A stretch of DNA of 63,816 bases, counting the filler, from Hyphochytrium catenoides (lineage: Eukaryota; Protista; Hyphochytriomycota), in NCBI GenBank assembly GCA_900088475.1. It is 14 parts of 14 records of this genome, joined end to end, with 100 filler letters (N's around TTAATTAATTAA, not from the genome) between each part and the next. Parts side by side here need not be neighbours in the genome. Positions count along the whole stretch, not along the records: positions 1 to 3,151 come from FLMG01002736.1; positions 3,252 to 7,449 come from FLMG01002732.1; positions 7,550 to 11,397 come from FLMG01004715.1; positions 11,498 to 14,193 come from FLMG01003323.1; 10 more parts are not named here. One strand, 5' to 3'. Below, piece after piece: positions 1 through 13,376 of the stretch. Made by a program: the position numbers and the translations under genes. The notes below the pieces were generated by a model. That model did no database searches, was not told the DNA's origin, and saw only the letters and a list, made by a program, of their open reading frames with translations. Numbering within the stretch: position 1 is the stretch's first letter; every line of letters begins with the position of its first letter.

Positions 1-843
1 ACTACCTGCTGTACTTGGTTAACATTTCTTCAAACGCTAGATCTTCTATTGTTGGAAGAAGCGGGTAGAGGAAGAACGGTACTTCAAATGGCTCATGAGT
101 GGTGATCAGATATTTCCTCAACAGCCGGCAGCATCCACCACTGGGTAAAAAAACGTAAAGGGTGATCCTGTTGACAAGGTAACACTACTCTTGAGGGTAG
201 TAAGTCCCCAAGAAGAAGGCGTGGAAGCAAGAGAGTTGAAGTGACTGATAAGCTGCAAAAAAGACGAACGGCAAGCGAGACAGAGGAAGAAGACCGCAGC
301 AGTCAACTTTCTGTGGCGCCCACAACAATGATTGTATTGGGAAGGACAACGCGACCGAGATGCCAGGGAAAATAAGAGAGAGACAGACAAGAAGAGTGGC
401 ATCGACCATCCAAGTGGACAGAGCACGGCTCAGGGGAAGGCTCGTCCAGCGGTGCAGCCTGTCCTAGACTACTTTGAGAGAAGAGTCGAACTTCCTCACC
501 ACAGCTGCCGCGCCAAGAATCCTGTGGATCCATCACCTCCTCAACTAGAAAGAGGTCAGCGATAGTAATATGGCACGCTAGTCATGATATTCTCCATGAG
601 CTTACCCTGGGCACTCAGCGTAGTAATATTGCGGTGACATTGAGAGGAAGATTCTTGATCCACAATGAATCTTTCCGAAGGATGTTTGGCACTTTTCAAA
701 CTACTGCATCCCGTGGAATCTATACGAGAGTTGAAAGCTTCGCTATGAAATGTTTCTAGGCGTTTCTCACAACTCTGCCCCTGTTTGCCGTGTTTCTTAT
801 CTCCCGGGGGAGGTCACAGTCCGGTGCGTAGTGCGTAACACAT

Positions 844-844
<1 letters not shown>

Positions 845-937
<93 letters not shown>

Positions 938-1086
938 CTCTCTCTCTCCTCTCTCTCTCTCTCTCTTTTTCCCCTCTCTCTCTCCTCTCTCTCTCTCTCT
1001 TTTTCTCTGTGTCTCTTGCTTTCTCTCTCACTCCCTCTCTTTCTCTCTCTTTGTCTCTTTCTTTCTGTCTTTCTCTCTCTCTCTCT
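845..1086. repeat. (CT)n/(GA)n microsatellite tract upstream of OAT. Representative of many similar tracts, e.g. ~6870-7080, 20670-20900, 32900-33135, 33655-33780, 37195-37345, 50480-51856, 57845-58165, 63520-63680
   Basis: Directly visible dinucleotide repeats; these generate most of the low-complexity SLSL/ERER ORFs in the track. Confidence 0.98.
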
Positions 1087-1406
1087 ACCTCCTTTGTTCT
1101 CCCTCTTCCTCGTTCACTTCCTCTTCTGCTCATGGTTCCTCTCACCATCCTGAATGCCAGCCCACATCGCCCAACGATCAAGCGCCACCATCAGAGTTTG
1201 GATCACTTGCAGCTCTCTTCTCTCTTTCTCTTCCTCCGTGTCCCCCAGAAATAGATCAGCGCCATTGCCAAGAGACCACCTGACTCTGTAACTTCTCCTT
1301 TCTTCTCGTCCGTGGCCTTCAGTCTTCAGCTTTCAGCCGAACGCCTCTGATCTTGAGTCTTCCTTTGCTACTTTACTCCATTGAATCTCCCACTCCTACC
1401 TGGACA

Positions 1407-2933
1407 ATGTTGAAGTCAGTCGTTTCCTCGATGATTAGGCGTCCGTTGACGTCCAACGGCGCTCAGCGTCTCAAGTCCACAGCCGCGGCTGTATCCTCAG
1501 CTTCCTCGGGTAGCGGGCTGGGGAGAAAGTCAGAGGTACGAGGGAAGAGACTCCTGGGAAAGAGGCTGCGGGACTGAAGGATAGAGCAAAGTAGCGGGAG
1601 TAGAGGGCGGGCAACCTTCTGCTTGCCCGGAAAGGCCGTTCTGAGAGACATCATAACGCCACTGACAATCGCTTGTCTTGCAGGAGCTGATGGCGAAAGA
1701 AGACCGATTCGGTGCTCACAATTACCATCCGTTGCCTGTTGTGCTAGACCGAGGAGAAGGTGCGAAATGGAGAAGGAAGAGAGGCCTATGGCCTACCTCT
1801 CTTCTCGTACCTCTCTTACTAGGTGTCTCAATGCCCCGCTTCATTACCCTACGTCCAGTCACTTGGCCTTCCCTTCCTCTTCTCGTGAACAAGGAAAAAG
1901 GCAGCTTTTAATCTTAGCTTTTGGTCTTTCTACCGCTTCTTGCAACAGGCGTCTTCGTCTGGGATGTGGAGGGGAAGCGGTATTATGACTTCTTGAGCGC
2001 TTACTCGGCAACGAACCAGGTAAAGAGTAGACCAAAGGCAGAGATAGAGAGGTGAAACCGGTAGCATAAGAGGCGCGAGATGAAAGAAGCAGACTCAAGG
2101 GGAGATCCAGAGTGTATTGGTGGTCTATGACGAAGTGAGAAGGGGAAGAGAAGGACGAAGAAGAGTCCTACGTAAAGCCTCGGCATAGGCCGGTGGCATC
2201 CTTTCCACCTTATTAAAGTGTGCTTGTAAGCGTCCTGCGGCTTGCGTGACTTGCAATAAGAACGGAGTGGTCCAGCATGGGCTTCGGGGGCGGAGAAGAA
2301 AGATAAATGAGAGCAAGCAGTGAGACTGAGGGTAGAGAGAAAGACGCGTCACATTTCTCAGGATGCTCGCTCCTTTCTATCCTACAGGGTCACTGCCATC
2401 CCAGAATTGTTCAGACTCTGGTGCAGCAGGCTTCTAAACTGCAGTTATGCTCCCGAGCCTTCTATAACAGTGTACTAGGAGAGTACGAGGAGTTTATCAC
2501 CAGCTTCTTTGGGTATGAGAAGGTAAAGAAACTCCTGCTCTTACCTGACCTGGCCTTCCCATTCTTGGCCATGGTCATGAACGCAAGAGCTCACTCTTAT
2601 ATGTAGGTTCTACCTATGAACACCGGCGTAGAGGCAGGAGAGACTGCTATCAAGCTTGCGAGGCGATGGGGTTATGATGTGAAGGGAATCAAGCCTCATA
2701 ATGTAAGATAAGAACCAAAGGGGGAATGTGGGAAGCAGTAGCGGGCACAGGTCTCTCGGAGAGAAGCGTAGTAGGTTTAGGTTCCAAGATAGCGGAGAGC
2801 GCGAGGGCAACATATTGAGGATAGCTCACCTGCTTTAACTCTTTGTAGGCCAAGGTTATTTTCTGTCAGAATAACTTCATGGGAAGAACGATCGCAGCGA
2901 TCTCAGCGTCTACCGATCCTTCAAGCTACACCG
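1407..2933 (+). CDS. OAT: Ornithine aminotransferase (class III PLP aminotransferase), mitochondrial; 5' part, truncated by contig end
   Basis: Spliced exons ~1407-1535, 1684-1759, 1949-2018, 2388-2522, 2607-2702, 2849-2933 with GT-AG introns give [12 protein letters not shown] (presequence-like)...[51 protein letters not shown]...SRAFYN...[27 protein letters not shown]...[14 protein letters not shown], all hallmark OAT motifs. Confidence 0.95.
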
Positions 2934-3151
2934 GTAAGCGCTCCTCGGCAGAAGAGGAGAGAAGAGAGAGAGAGAGACGAATATGGCACTGAGAAAGGGG
3001 ACGCGTGTGTAGCGAACTTTGCTGTTTATATGGAGTTCATCAGTCTTTTCAAAGTTCGACACAGTGCCATCATGTGCAGTCGATGTCAGGGAACAGGCAA
3101 GGACAAGAAATGTGAAATATTTGGAGCGCAGTAGCGAATAATAATCTAAGT

Positions 3152-3251
3152 NNNNNNNNNNNNNNNNNNNNNNNNNNNNNNNNNNNNNNNNNNNNTTAAT
3201 TAATTAANNNNNNNNNNNNNNNNNNNNNNNNNNNNNNNNNNNNNNNNNNNN
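3152..3251. other. Artificial contig spacer N44-TTAATTAATTAA-N44. Same spacer at 7450-7549, 11398-11497, 14194-14293, 16346-16445, 18363-18462, 44181-44280, 46844-46943, 48389-48488, 50261-50360, 51857-51956, 59052-59151, 62562-62661
   Basis: Identical 100-nt layout 13 times; the 12-mer gives stop codons in all six frames; genes are cut at these points. Confidence 0.97.
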
Positions 3252-3282
<31 letters not shown>

Positions 3283-6200
3283 CCTCTCTTTTGGCTCAAA
3301 CAAAGCCATCCTGCCCTACGTATCTTTGCTGGAGCCTCTGTCTCTGTTCTTTCTTTCTCTCGTCTTGTTTAAACCCTAAGGTAGGCAATAACCTTTCAAG
3401 CTCTTTCTCTCCGCCTTATGCATCTCTTTCTTGCTCGTTTTGCTTCGGATGCCGTGCTCTATAACAACGGTAGTAGAGACACGAAAAAACGAAAAGTACT
3501 TCCGATAGTTAAGACGCAGCCAGAAGCTTACATACAGCCCAACAGCGAGATTTTCGCTCGTGTATATAGTTCTAGTTTCGGTACCTTTCGGCATTTTTAT
3601 GATAATGTACACCAAAAGTGTAAGTCCGTCTCACGCTATTTATTACTCCACACTACTGTTTTACCTGGGTAAATAGGAAAGCCTAAGAGACAGTAGTACT
3701 ATCACCTGCTCTTGGTCGATAGGACTATGGACTCTCTGCTGCCCAGCATTAGCTGCTGAAGCATCATCCACTTCTTCGGTTGTGGTGGCTGGCGTCCTGG
3801 ACAAGCTCCTCTGTAGGTGGTGGCCAAGAAGAGTCGGAACCGAAGTGCCACGGAACACGGAGTAGCTAGTAGTAAGGGCGCGGGAGTGAGTGAGAAAGTG
3901 GGGGAAGAGCGAGACAGGGAGAGAGAAGAGAGGAGAGCAAAAGAGAGGGAGGAGAGAGAGAGACAGAGAGAGAGACAGAGAGAGAGACCTAGGAGACAGT
4001 ATTCGGTCGGTCTAGCTCCCTGCTAATCAGCGGCTATCCGCATTCTCTACGCGTACGATGAAGTCCTAGAAGTAGGTTCAGAGGTTCAGATGTCACTATG
4101 ATGACCAAGGGACCAAAGGATAGGATAATGGTAGAGCTTGGGACACTGCAGACGAAGCTGTGATGTCGTAACACTGGGTCTCCTCCGTGTATAAAACTCT
4201 AGGAGGGGGAACGGCTACTGCTCGCCAGTTCGCTGTCTTTCATAATAGCTGTACCAGAAGCGGGCTAAGCCTACTTTGATATTCGGCAACGCACGGAGCC
4301 GTTTGAGGAATCTTATCACTGAGACGGCCTCAGAGGCGTTTCTCAGACGTTTGACTTTGATGCTATCTCTTCACACTGACCAGGGAATGTGTGACATCGG
4401 TTCGCATCCAATTATAAGGAACTCACCCCCACCAGAATTGGTCTTTAGATGGATAGGAAAAAAAAAGAAGAAGACGGGACCCGGGCGGTAACAGCCGAGG
4501 AGCGGGTGCTAAAAGCTACGGTCTTCTCTGTTCGCCGTCTTCTTCCATGCACCAGGGTAAGAAGGATCAGAGATCTAGCTAAAGTCAGCTGCAAACTGAC
4601 GGACGCCCACACATTCGGGGTCGATCCAGAGCGGATCTTCACTGACTCTCTAGCTCTACGTAGACGCTCAGCATGCAGGCGCTAAAAGCGCATATGAGTC
4701 TGCCCAAAGAGGGAGAAGACCTTACACGCTTCCCTAGTAGGAGGCAGACATCGTACGAAAGGAGAGCAGGCACAGCTTTCTAAAAGTCTAGAAGCTTGCC
4801 TTCTCTGGTCTTCGACCAAGCGCCCAGAAAAGCTGCATTTGGCCCAGGTGGAGGGCTCTTCTACTTCATGCTCCTAACAAGAATACCCTCCCAGGCGGAG
4901 CGAGAGTGAGAGCGCCAGCCAAGTGCACCTGTCTCTTTCCTTCTCTCTTCTCCCTTGGTGAGATGGAAAAGAGACAGTGAATATAATATGTAGAGATTTA
5001 GAAGATTAATCGGAGAAGATTTTCAGTGGAACCCTGTTAACGTGTATCGGGCAAACGAGGCCCTGCTGCGGCACGTGGTATGCGAGCATCTAGCATTGAG
5101 CTTTGAGTCCTAACAACATGGCCTAGTTACTCCTGTTCTCATGCGCTTACAAAGATGAGATTGCTAACTAGGAATGGCCATCCCAGAACTTGATAGATCA
5201 TCTTTCGTGCTTCTTTATCGAGGGCAGACGAGTACCCAGAGCATCTATTATAACTTCTCGTCCTTGTGTGCTATACTGACATCGTGTCGAAAAGTGCAAG
5301 TGATCTGGAGAATGAGGTGGAAAACAGAGGAGAGAGAAGGGAGGCACAGAGGAGAGAGGGAGAGAGAGAGAAAGACGGAGGGATGATGCCAAAGTAGTAG
5401 CTGGGCTTCTTTCTCTGTGGCTTGTAACAAGAGACAAAGGACAAAAGGCCTAACTAATGAAGAGAGTCTATACCTATCTGCGATCTCATTGCGCGTTTAC
5501 GCTTGTCAAGATTTGCATGCAGCCTTGCTGCTGGCTCTAAGGTGCGCAGTCCCGGTTTCGTTGCCAAGAGAGTCGAACAGAGCGGCTCTTCTCAGCCTCA
5601 TGATGTCATGATGTCTCTCATTAGTAGGGAGAAACGGCCTTTGTGAATCCAGCTTTGTTGCTCCATCAACCTGATGAGCATGCGTCAGAGGACCCAACAA
5701 AATTCCTATCGACGCACGTGCCCTCTTGTGCTGCTTCTGTCCTCTCCTATGGTGTCTCTCTACGCCTATGTCGCTTTTGCTCTCCAGCATGGCAACTCGG
5801 CCTTGAGCGAGAGGATCCTCAGAACCTCAAAAAGGAGAAAAGCGGGAAGCGCGAAGGCACGTGGCAGAGGAAGTGAACCTCAAGTCAAAGACGTGACGCG
5901 CGCTGAAACGTGGGGCGAAGGAGAGGGCAAAGCGCCACGCTTTTATAAATGTCCAAAGAAGGAGAGCATTCGACCAGTCAGGGTGAGGCGCCGCCTCCGG
6001 GCTGAGGAGGTCATTTCTTGTCTCATCTTCAAGCTCTTCCTTTCGATGTACAGGGCGGACCATTCCTTCCCCGGTTTGCTGTCTCCCCTGTCCTCTCTCT
6101 GCTTCCTCCTCTTCTGCTCCGGAAAAGTTCCTCTTCTCTCCTTCCCCATATTCTCTGGCACTGTTAGGAGGCGAGGAGCAGAGAAGGCCTGAGCGGCAAC

Positions 6201-7039
6201 CAGGAAAGTGCTCGCCAACTCAATGAAGACTGCTTTAAAGCTTCTCTCTCTTCAATTCAACATAACCATCTTTCCCTCGTCCCTAGTGATCTCCAAGTAT
6301 CCCTCTTCTTCTCTCTTCTGCATCCCTGCGACCTGTGCCCACTCTTCTCTTCTTCTTTAGACTTTAGCTTGCGCCTCTCTTGTCTTCCATCGCAACTCTC
6401 GTAGGAAGCGTAGAGGGTTGGACTACGCGACGAGCGGCCGCACCCAGCGAAGGTCGCCGTGGGAAGCTGCTCAAGAAAGCTGCGCATCTTCATAGCTCTC
6501 GCAGGAGGAAAGCTTCCGTCGGCGGTGTCTCTTTGTCTCCTCTATCTTCTACTCCTCCACGCTGATCACAAGGCATGGAGACAAGGAAGAGAGCTAAGAG
6601 AAGGAGCCGGCATTTGTTGTCAGCAGGTTGATCAGAGGTTCAACGCATCTTCTCCATCAGCTCTCACTTCAAGTACCTCTTCCTGTTGATCTCTGCTTGA
6701 ACTTCAAGGCTTTCTTCAATGGAGTAACTTCTTAGACGTGAGGCGTCTTCTTCCTGGTGATGATGATGCTTGGTCCACTCTCCCAGAGTACCTCTCTCTC
6801 TGCATGTCCTCTGATACTTCTGTTCTATCTCTTTGTCTGTCTTTCTATTTATCTAGCTATCTATTCGCCTCTCCTCTCTCTGTTTTTCTCTCTGTCTCTC
6901 TCTCTCCTCTCTCTCTCTCTTCCCGTTCTCTCTCTCTGTCTCTTCTCTCTCTCTTTCTGTCTCTCCCTCTCTCTCTTTCTCTCTCTCTGTCTCCCTCCCT
7001 TTCTCGCTCTCTCTCTCCCTCTTTGTCTCTCTCTCTCTT

Positions 7040-7073
<34 letters not shown>

Positions 7074-7549
7074 GCTCTCTTTTATGTTGTGTATTTTATA
7101 AAGACAGTAGTAGGGAGAATACCGTGACTTATCATTGCACCTCCCTATTTTCGGGAGCTGGACACATTTGCGAGAACCAGGTACAGATACTCAATACAGT
7201 AGTAGAACACCCCAGAAACTAACGTTTAACCGGAAATAGCATGTGCACCTCAACACCTCAACGCATTTTGTACTGACAGAGCCTCATGGCCCTCTTTCCA
7301 CTCCAAAATCACCGAAAATATTACAGGGTGACCAAAGACTAAGAATTGGATAAAAACAGAACTAGGAGAGGGAGAAAGAGAGAATATTGAGAGAAAGAGG
7401 TGCAAGAAAGAAGAGAGTGAAGGCTGAGATGGCAGTGGCAGAGTGTGTANNNNNNNNNNNNNNNNNNNNNNNNNNNNNNNNNNNNNNNNNNNNTTAATTA
7501 ATTAANNNNNNNNNNNNNNNNNNNNNNNNNNNNNNNNNNNNNNNNNNNN

Positions 7550-7855
7550 GATTGATCGCTGCCTGAAGTTCTCTCCTGAGAAGGCTGTGGCGCAACAGAC
7601 CTGGCTGCAGACCTTCAGGCCAATGACAGTGGGAGAGCTAAGAGAGAAGTAAGAAGTTCGACTCTCTCTCTCTCTCTCTCTTTCTAATCACTTTTTCTCT
7701 TTCGCTCTCGCTCTCTCTTTTCTTTGTCTCCCTGATGTCCTCGGGTCATTCTCTTTATCTCGTTGTTCTCACGTGGTTACCCCGTCCTTCCCTCGTTGTC
7801 TCTCTCACATCTTCTCTTTATGTCTTTCGCCACTGTTGTCCTGCACTCCCTCTCA

Positions 7856-7906
<51 letters not shown>

Positions 7907-8774
7907 CGTGTGTGTGTCTCTTCTATCCCTACATCCGGTCTTCCTGAAGGAGCTAAAACACTCTCTCACAAACGTACTTCCTCTTCCTCTACCCTTCCCA
8001 TTCTTCTTCAGGCGCGCGCTCTCTTCCCCAGAAAAGAAAAGCGCAGAGTCTTCTCTCTCTCTCCGTCCCCTCAGCAGCGGGCACATCCTTCCTATCACCT
8101 CGCAAGGAAACGGAGGAGAAAGACCCGAAGAAGAACAGCAGAGAGACGGAAAGATAGGAGAAGAGACTAGGAGAGCTTCTCTCAGCGGAGAGACAAGAAG
8201 AAAAGAAGAGAACCCAAGGCGAGAGAAAGAGGAGAGACCAGGAGAGGAGGGAGAAGAGAGAGGAAGAATGCTGGACAGACAGATGGAAGGCAGGCGCGTG
8301 ATGCTCAGGGAACTATTGAGGAAGAATGAGGGGCAACTGCATCTTCTTCTCCCGGAACTGAGAGAGCTGAGCACTGAAGAAGCGGTAGAAACCTTAGCAA
8401 CGAGGAAGAATTTCAAGCAGGTGGTGGACCAGCTGAGAGCCAAGAGTCGCAGCATTGAGCTCAGAGGAGGAGAAGGCGCAAGGCAGGCCATCTACCAGTT
8501 CCAGGGAGAGAGAGAAGGGAACAGACGAGGAGAGAGAGAGGAACAGATCCTCACGTCTCGCCCCGTGAAGAGCAAGAGTGAGCTCGAAGTAGGGAGAAGG
8601 CAGATCCGCGCCCATACGTTTGAGCCTTCGATCCCGACCAAGTTTGAGCTGAGAACCTCCACCGTGGAAGAGAGAACGGCGCTCTCTTCTGGCCTTGGAA
8701 GTCCTGTCTGTTATTCTTTCCCCAAGCACATAGAGATTAACTCTACGCGGGTGTCAACGCCGGCCAAGAGATGA
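7550..8774 (+). CDS. 3' part of a hypothetical protein (two exons; charged, low-complexity C-terminus)
   Basis: Exon 7550-7649 (IDRCLKFSPEKAVAQQTWLQTFRPMTVGELREK) ends at a GTAAG donor; acceptor ttcttcAG at 8011 joins in frame to the open frame ending TGA at 8774; no family recognised. Confidence 0.55.
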
Positions 8775-8875
8775 GAGAGCGGACATTTTATGAAGAGAGA
8801 AAGGAGGAGGAAGAGAGCTGCGATAGAAATAATTGGAGGAATGGAATCTAGATTGAGAATAAGAGACACAGACAG

Positions 8876-8906
<31 letters not shown>

Positions 8907-9557
8907 NNNNNNNNNNNNNNNNNNNNAGAGAGAGAGAGAGAGAGAGAGAGAGATGTAGGGTGAGAGAGAAAGATGTAATGTGTGTGTGAGAGAGAGAGAG
9001 AGGGATCAACTCCCAAGGGGCAGATGGATTGCAAGGGAACCTTTCCCACCGTATCCAGAGACTGGACGGACAGCGGCTCAGGAGAGAGACAGAAAGAGTA
9101 ATGGGCGGACAGGAAAGGAAGATGACGTAGTCAGTGGCATTGGAGACCTGTTGACTTTTTTTATAAAAAGAGAGAGAGAAGAGAGAAAAGGAGATGAAGC
9201 TATGATAGTATAATCTGGACTAACAAAGAACCTAGTGATCCATGTCCTTCGCTCTTTGTAATTCAAAGATGGGGAGAGGAGAGGTTCATGGCAAAGCGTT
9301 GACAGGAGGGAGGGACGTAGACACGGGGAAGGGGCTCAANNNNNNNNNNNNNNNNNNNNNNNATGAGAACCTAATAAATAAAAGGGAACCGTAGGAGGAT
9401 AAGATCGAATAGGAGCAAACCCAAAAGAGAAAATAAAAGAAGCAGTTGCTGGTGGCAAGCATCTCTCTCTCTTGCTCCCTTTTCTTTCTCTCTCTCTCTC
9501 TCTCTCTCTGTCTCTCGCTCTCTCTCCCTATTGCTGTAGCTCTCAATCTCCCTATTG

Positions 9558-11238
9558 CTATAGCTTGAAGGCGGCAGAACTCTTTCTTCCATCTCCATCC
9601 TTCCCTTGTTTTCTGGCCGCAGACGAGAGAGAAGAGACACTTTTGTTGGCCTCCTCTTGCAGCCGAGAGAAGAACTCTGAGGACTTTGTGAACTTCTTTG
9701 CGCCTCCTTCTTCTTCTTTTCCCTTCTGGACTCCTCTGAGCCCTTCCAGCAGCTTTGCCTTGGCGTGCTTGTTGCCCAGTCCCGGATTAATGCGATCCAC
9801 GAGCTTTTCTTCAGCGTCTCTCTGCCGTCTGGCCTTCCTTCTTGCTGCCTTCTTGGCCTTCGAAAAAGGAGTTAGGGAGAGAAAGAAGAGAGTTGTTGGT
9901 TCACCGGGGAGGAAAGGGAAGGGAAAGAGAATGATTGAGAGCAGAGAAAGAGAGAGACAGGCATAATGTATGACATGAGAGGAAGCACTAGATGGAGGAG
10001 AAGGGATGCTTTCCTAAGGGGTTATATAAAGAAAGAAAGCCAGTATTTCTGCAGCATGAGGACAGGCGATCGAAGGTACTCATAGAGAGAGAGAGAAAAA
10101 AGAGGGAAAAGGAAAAGAGAGAGAGAAAGAGAAAGAGGAAGAAAGAGATGGATTGGATCCGCTCAAGATGAAGACGGCTCTCTCTCTCTCTCTCTCTATC
10201 TCTATCTCTATCTATCTATCTATCTATCTCTCTGTGTCTTCCCACCACGGGAGAATGATGAGATAATCCAGGGAACTGCAATGGCTTACCCTTCTAAGCC
10301 GTTGTTTATCTTCCTGCGTGGCATCTTCCCCAAGCATGGCTCCCTCTCTTCCTCTCTTCTTCGTGTAGACCTCCTCTGGCGCTCTTCTGTCCGCTTCACT
10401 CACAGCGACGGGCAGCACCTCTTCCATAGAGAGAGAAGGTGCAGACGTGACCACCTGAAGAGCGGGAGGAGAGGGCCTCGGAGTATAATGATAGTTCGAC
10501 AGAGCGTCCAGACGGCGGCAGAGAGATGTGAAGATAGCCAGCGTCTCTTCCTAATGAGCAGAAAAAGCGCGTTAAACTAGGAAAGACGCGGACTAACGTT
10601 TACCTCCTGGGTCGTCTCTTCCGCATTTTCACTTAACATCCCACCCCTTCTTACTCTGCCTGTCTGTGTATCTCACTGTCTCTTCTCTCCCCGTGTGTCT
10701 CTCTCCTTTTCACTCTCTCCTTCTCTTCGCTCTCATGTCCCTTCTCCCTCCCTCTCCTTCAAAATTCGATCTCTCTAACGCTATTATCATGTTTCCGTCT
10801 CTCTCTTCCTTCAGCAATGGCTACAGAATCTGTCTCCTCTCAAACCCCTCTCAGCTCTTCGTGGTATCTCTCTCCTTATGATCAGTCTCCCTATCTCTCT
10901 CTTCTCTTTCTCTCTTTCTGCCCGCGTACCTGCTCTTTCTTCTTTCCATCAGGTAGCTCCATTCCCATGGAGGTCTTCAGATAGTCTTGCTCGTATATCT
11001 CGCCAAGACCAAGCTTGCTCTTCTCTTGAGAGACTTCCTCTTTCTCTCTCTTTGCTCTCTCTCCTTCTCTCTCTTTCCTCACTGGGTCATCAAACCTTCC
11101 TTCTCTCACTCTCTCCCTAATAATATCTTCCAAGGAAGCAGTACTCTCCACGGTCATCAGAGGCGGCGGCCGCGTGGGCCGATCAAAGTCCAGCGTAGCT
11201 TCTAACAAACTATTCTCAGGCCTTTTACTGCCTTTCAC
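9558..11238 (-). CDS. MPP10: U3 snoRNP protein Mpp10, C-terminal part (5' part lost at contig end)
   Basis: Three exons: RPENSLLEATLDFD...TASLEDIIRERVREGRFDDPVRK...SQEKSKLGLGEIYEQDYL; LCRRLDALSNYHYTPRP...PSLSMEEVLPVAVS...APEEVY; ...KFTKSSEFFSRLQE...SSAAFKL*. Confidence 0.93.
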
Positions 11239-11339
11239 CTATGGAAAGCAGAGTGAAGGTGTTTCATCGGGTAAGTGGAAAAAAAGAGGAAGAGGCGAAA
11301 GAAGAGCGAGGAAGTTGTGACATAGCATAGGAACATACC

Positions 11340-11372
<33 letters not shown>

Positions 11373-13376
11373 AGGAGAGAGAGAGAGAGAAGTGGAGNNN
11401 NNNNNNNNNNNNNNNNNNNNNNNNNNNNNNNNNNNNNNNNNTTAATTAATTAANNNNNNNNNNNNNNNNNNNNNNNNNNNNNNNNNNNNNNNNNNNNGCT
11501 AGGAAACAAGAAACAGAGACAGAACAAGTAAATGATAGGGCAGGGAAGAGACACATGTAAGTGAAAAAACGGAACAAGCATTGGCTGCCCTGAGCAGGAA
11601 GGAAGAAGAGGATCGTGAAGGGGGAGCACCGCTGCTTGTTCCAAGTCGGCCGCTTGTTATCGAGGGACGAACTGAAAAAGCTGCAACCTGAGAATATTGA
11701 CAAGGAGGCGAGGACTCTTCTGTTCTTTCACCGGATATCATTCCCGGCCATTCCGGGCCTTCTTCCCCTCTTCCAAACATCGTCAAACCATCATAGAGAG
11801 CGATAAGGATACCGAGATACGGAGGATACTACGGAGGAGTTTAGACTGGCCCATGAATTTTCCCTCGGGCATGATCAAAGACAACAGAACTCTGCTGTGC
11901 AAATAAGCGGAAGATTGGGATCACGGAATGAGGGATTTGACGGAGAAAGGAAGAAGAAGGACGGGGATTAGAACTAGAAGATGCGTCCTATAAGGCAACA
12001 CCAAGCAATAATAACAATGGACTAGAGTCGTCCGTACCTAGGCCGTGCAGGCGCTAGAACTCGGCATCTTCTTCTATCGTTTTACTCCTGGTCGTTCTAC
12101 TACTGTCGCCCCCACCCTAAGGAGTTCTGCTACGGCTCTAGAGAGACTTTTTCCACCTTCTTCATTAGCATCATCGGCTTGCTGCCTTTATTAGGAGTAG
12201 TGAAGGATAGGAGCCGAAGGTTAGAGGTCAGCGACAGGAGCAGAGCAGGTCGTTCTCCTAATAATAAACAGTGAAGAAAGGGCAATGTTTAGGCTTCAGG
12301 CTGTGGCTTGAAGAGCTAGGAAGCAGTGTGGAAGGGAACAGAAAGTTATAAATAATCTCTGCTGACCCAGGCTTGGAGGGCAAAGTGGGCCGGTGGACAA
12401 TCGGTAACTAGAGAAATGTACCGCAGGAAATCCTACTCGTAGGAGCAAGCATCAAAGAAGAATGGGGAGAATGCTAGAGAAATGTTCTCCTTGGAATCTT
12501 CTTGGTGAAGATTCCTCTCGTTGGCCGTCCGTATCTCCTTCTCTGATGAGCCAGAGCGGGATACAGATAGAGAATAATAGAGCCGTACGACAGAGCACTG
12601 CTGCCTGCTGGATTCTATTGCAGCTCCATGGGTTCTGTTGCTGAAGCGTTGAGCAGGATCTCCGTTCTAACTAAGAAGGAGATTAGAGAAGTCTGAAACT
12701 TTCTCCTTGCTTCTTTCTCTTTCGCTTGTCGTTGGACTGAACCGTGCGTGTCTCCCATTATCGGCGTTTCTCTCTCTCCTCAGCTGACGAGCATCCTCCT
12801 TCTTTATTGACCGTAAGTTATTGGACTCAATCTATGCGTTCCCCTTCTCTTGCCTTCTGTCGTCGCTAGCCTCTCCTTTCTTTTTCTTTGCCCTTTCTTT
12901 CTCCTTTGCATTCATGTCTCCTCGTCTCTTTGTCTCCGCTCCATGTCATCAGAGTCAGAAGAATGTGTGCATCTCTGTCTCTATCTTCTCTTCTCCTTCG
13001 TCTGCCTACTATCTTCGTCTTCTCTTACACACGTAGCCGATCTCCCTCTCTCTAGATGTGCTCATTCGGGTCGCCACGAAGCTCTATGGTTCTGTTATTG
13101 CGCTATTGTCCCAAGAGCTCCGTCTCTAGATCCTGCCTTCTCCTCTCATACGAACCTTTCCGTCTGAGGCTCACTCTATAATATCCCCGATTAAAGCGCT
13201 GTCGCTCTTGGATGAGCTTCACTTCTCATCGTGGAGGCGCCTTCGACAAGACAACAAGCCTGATATCGGTTTATTGTCCCTCTACGGCTAGGATCGTGTT
13301 CCCTCTGCTGGCTTCGTAGGACTCATACCTTTCGAGTGGCCACTGAGAGTCACAAGGGATTGGAAGCGGCAACACA

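Noticed and set aside
750-1283. Long SLSLSL / ERERER ORFs here and throughout (e.g. 50453-51460, 57703-58316)
   Set aside because: Translations of (CT)n/(GA)n microsatellites, which lack stop codons by composition
3196-3207. Recurrent palindromic TTAATTAATTAA motif as a biological repeat or telomere-like element
   Set aside because: Always centred in exactly 44+44 Ns; it is an assembly linker with six-frame stops
7324-7334. CAGGGTGACCA resembling a hAT TIR
   Set aside because: No matching inverted copy or TSD found in the contig
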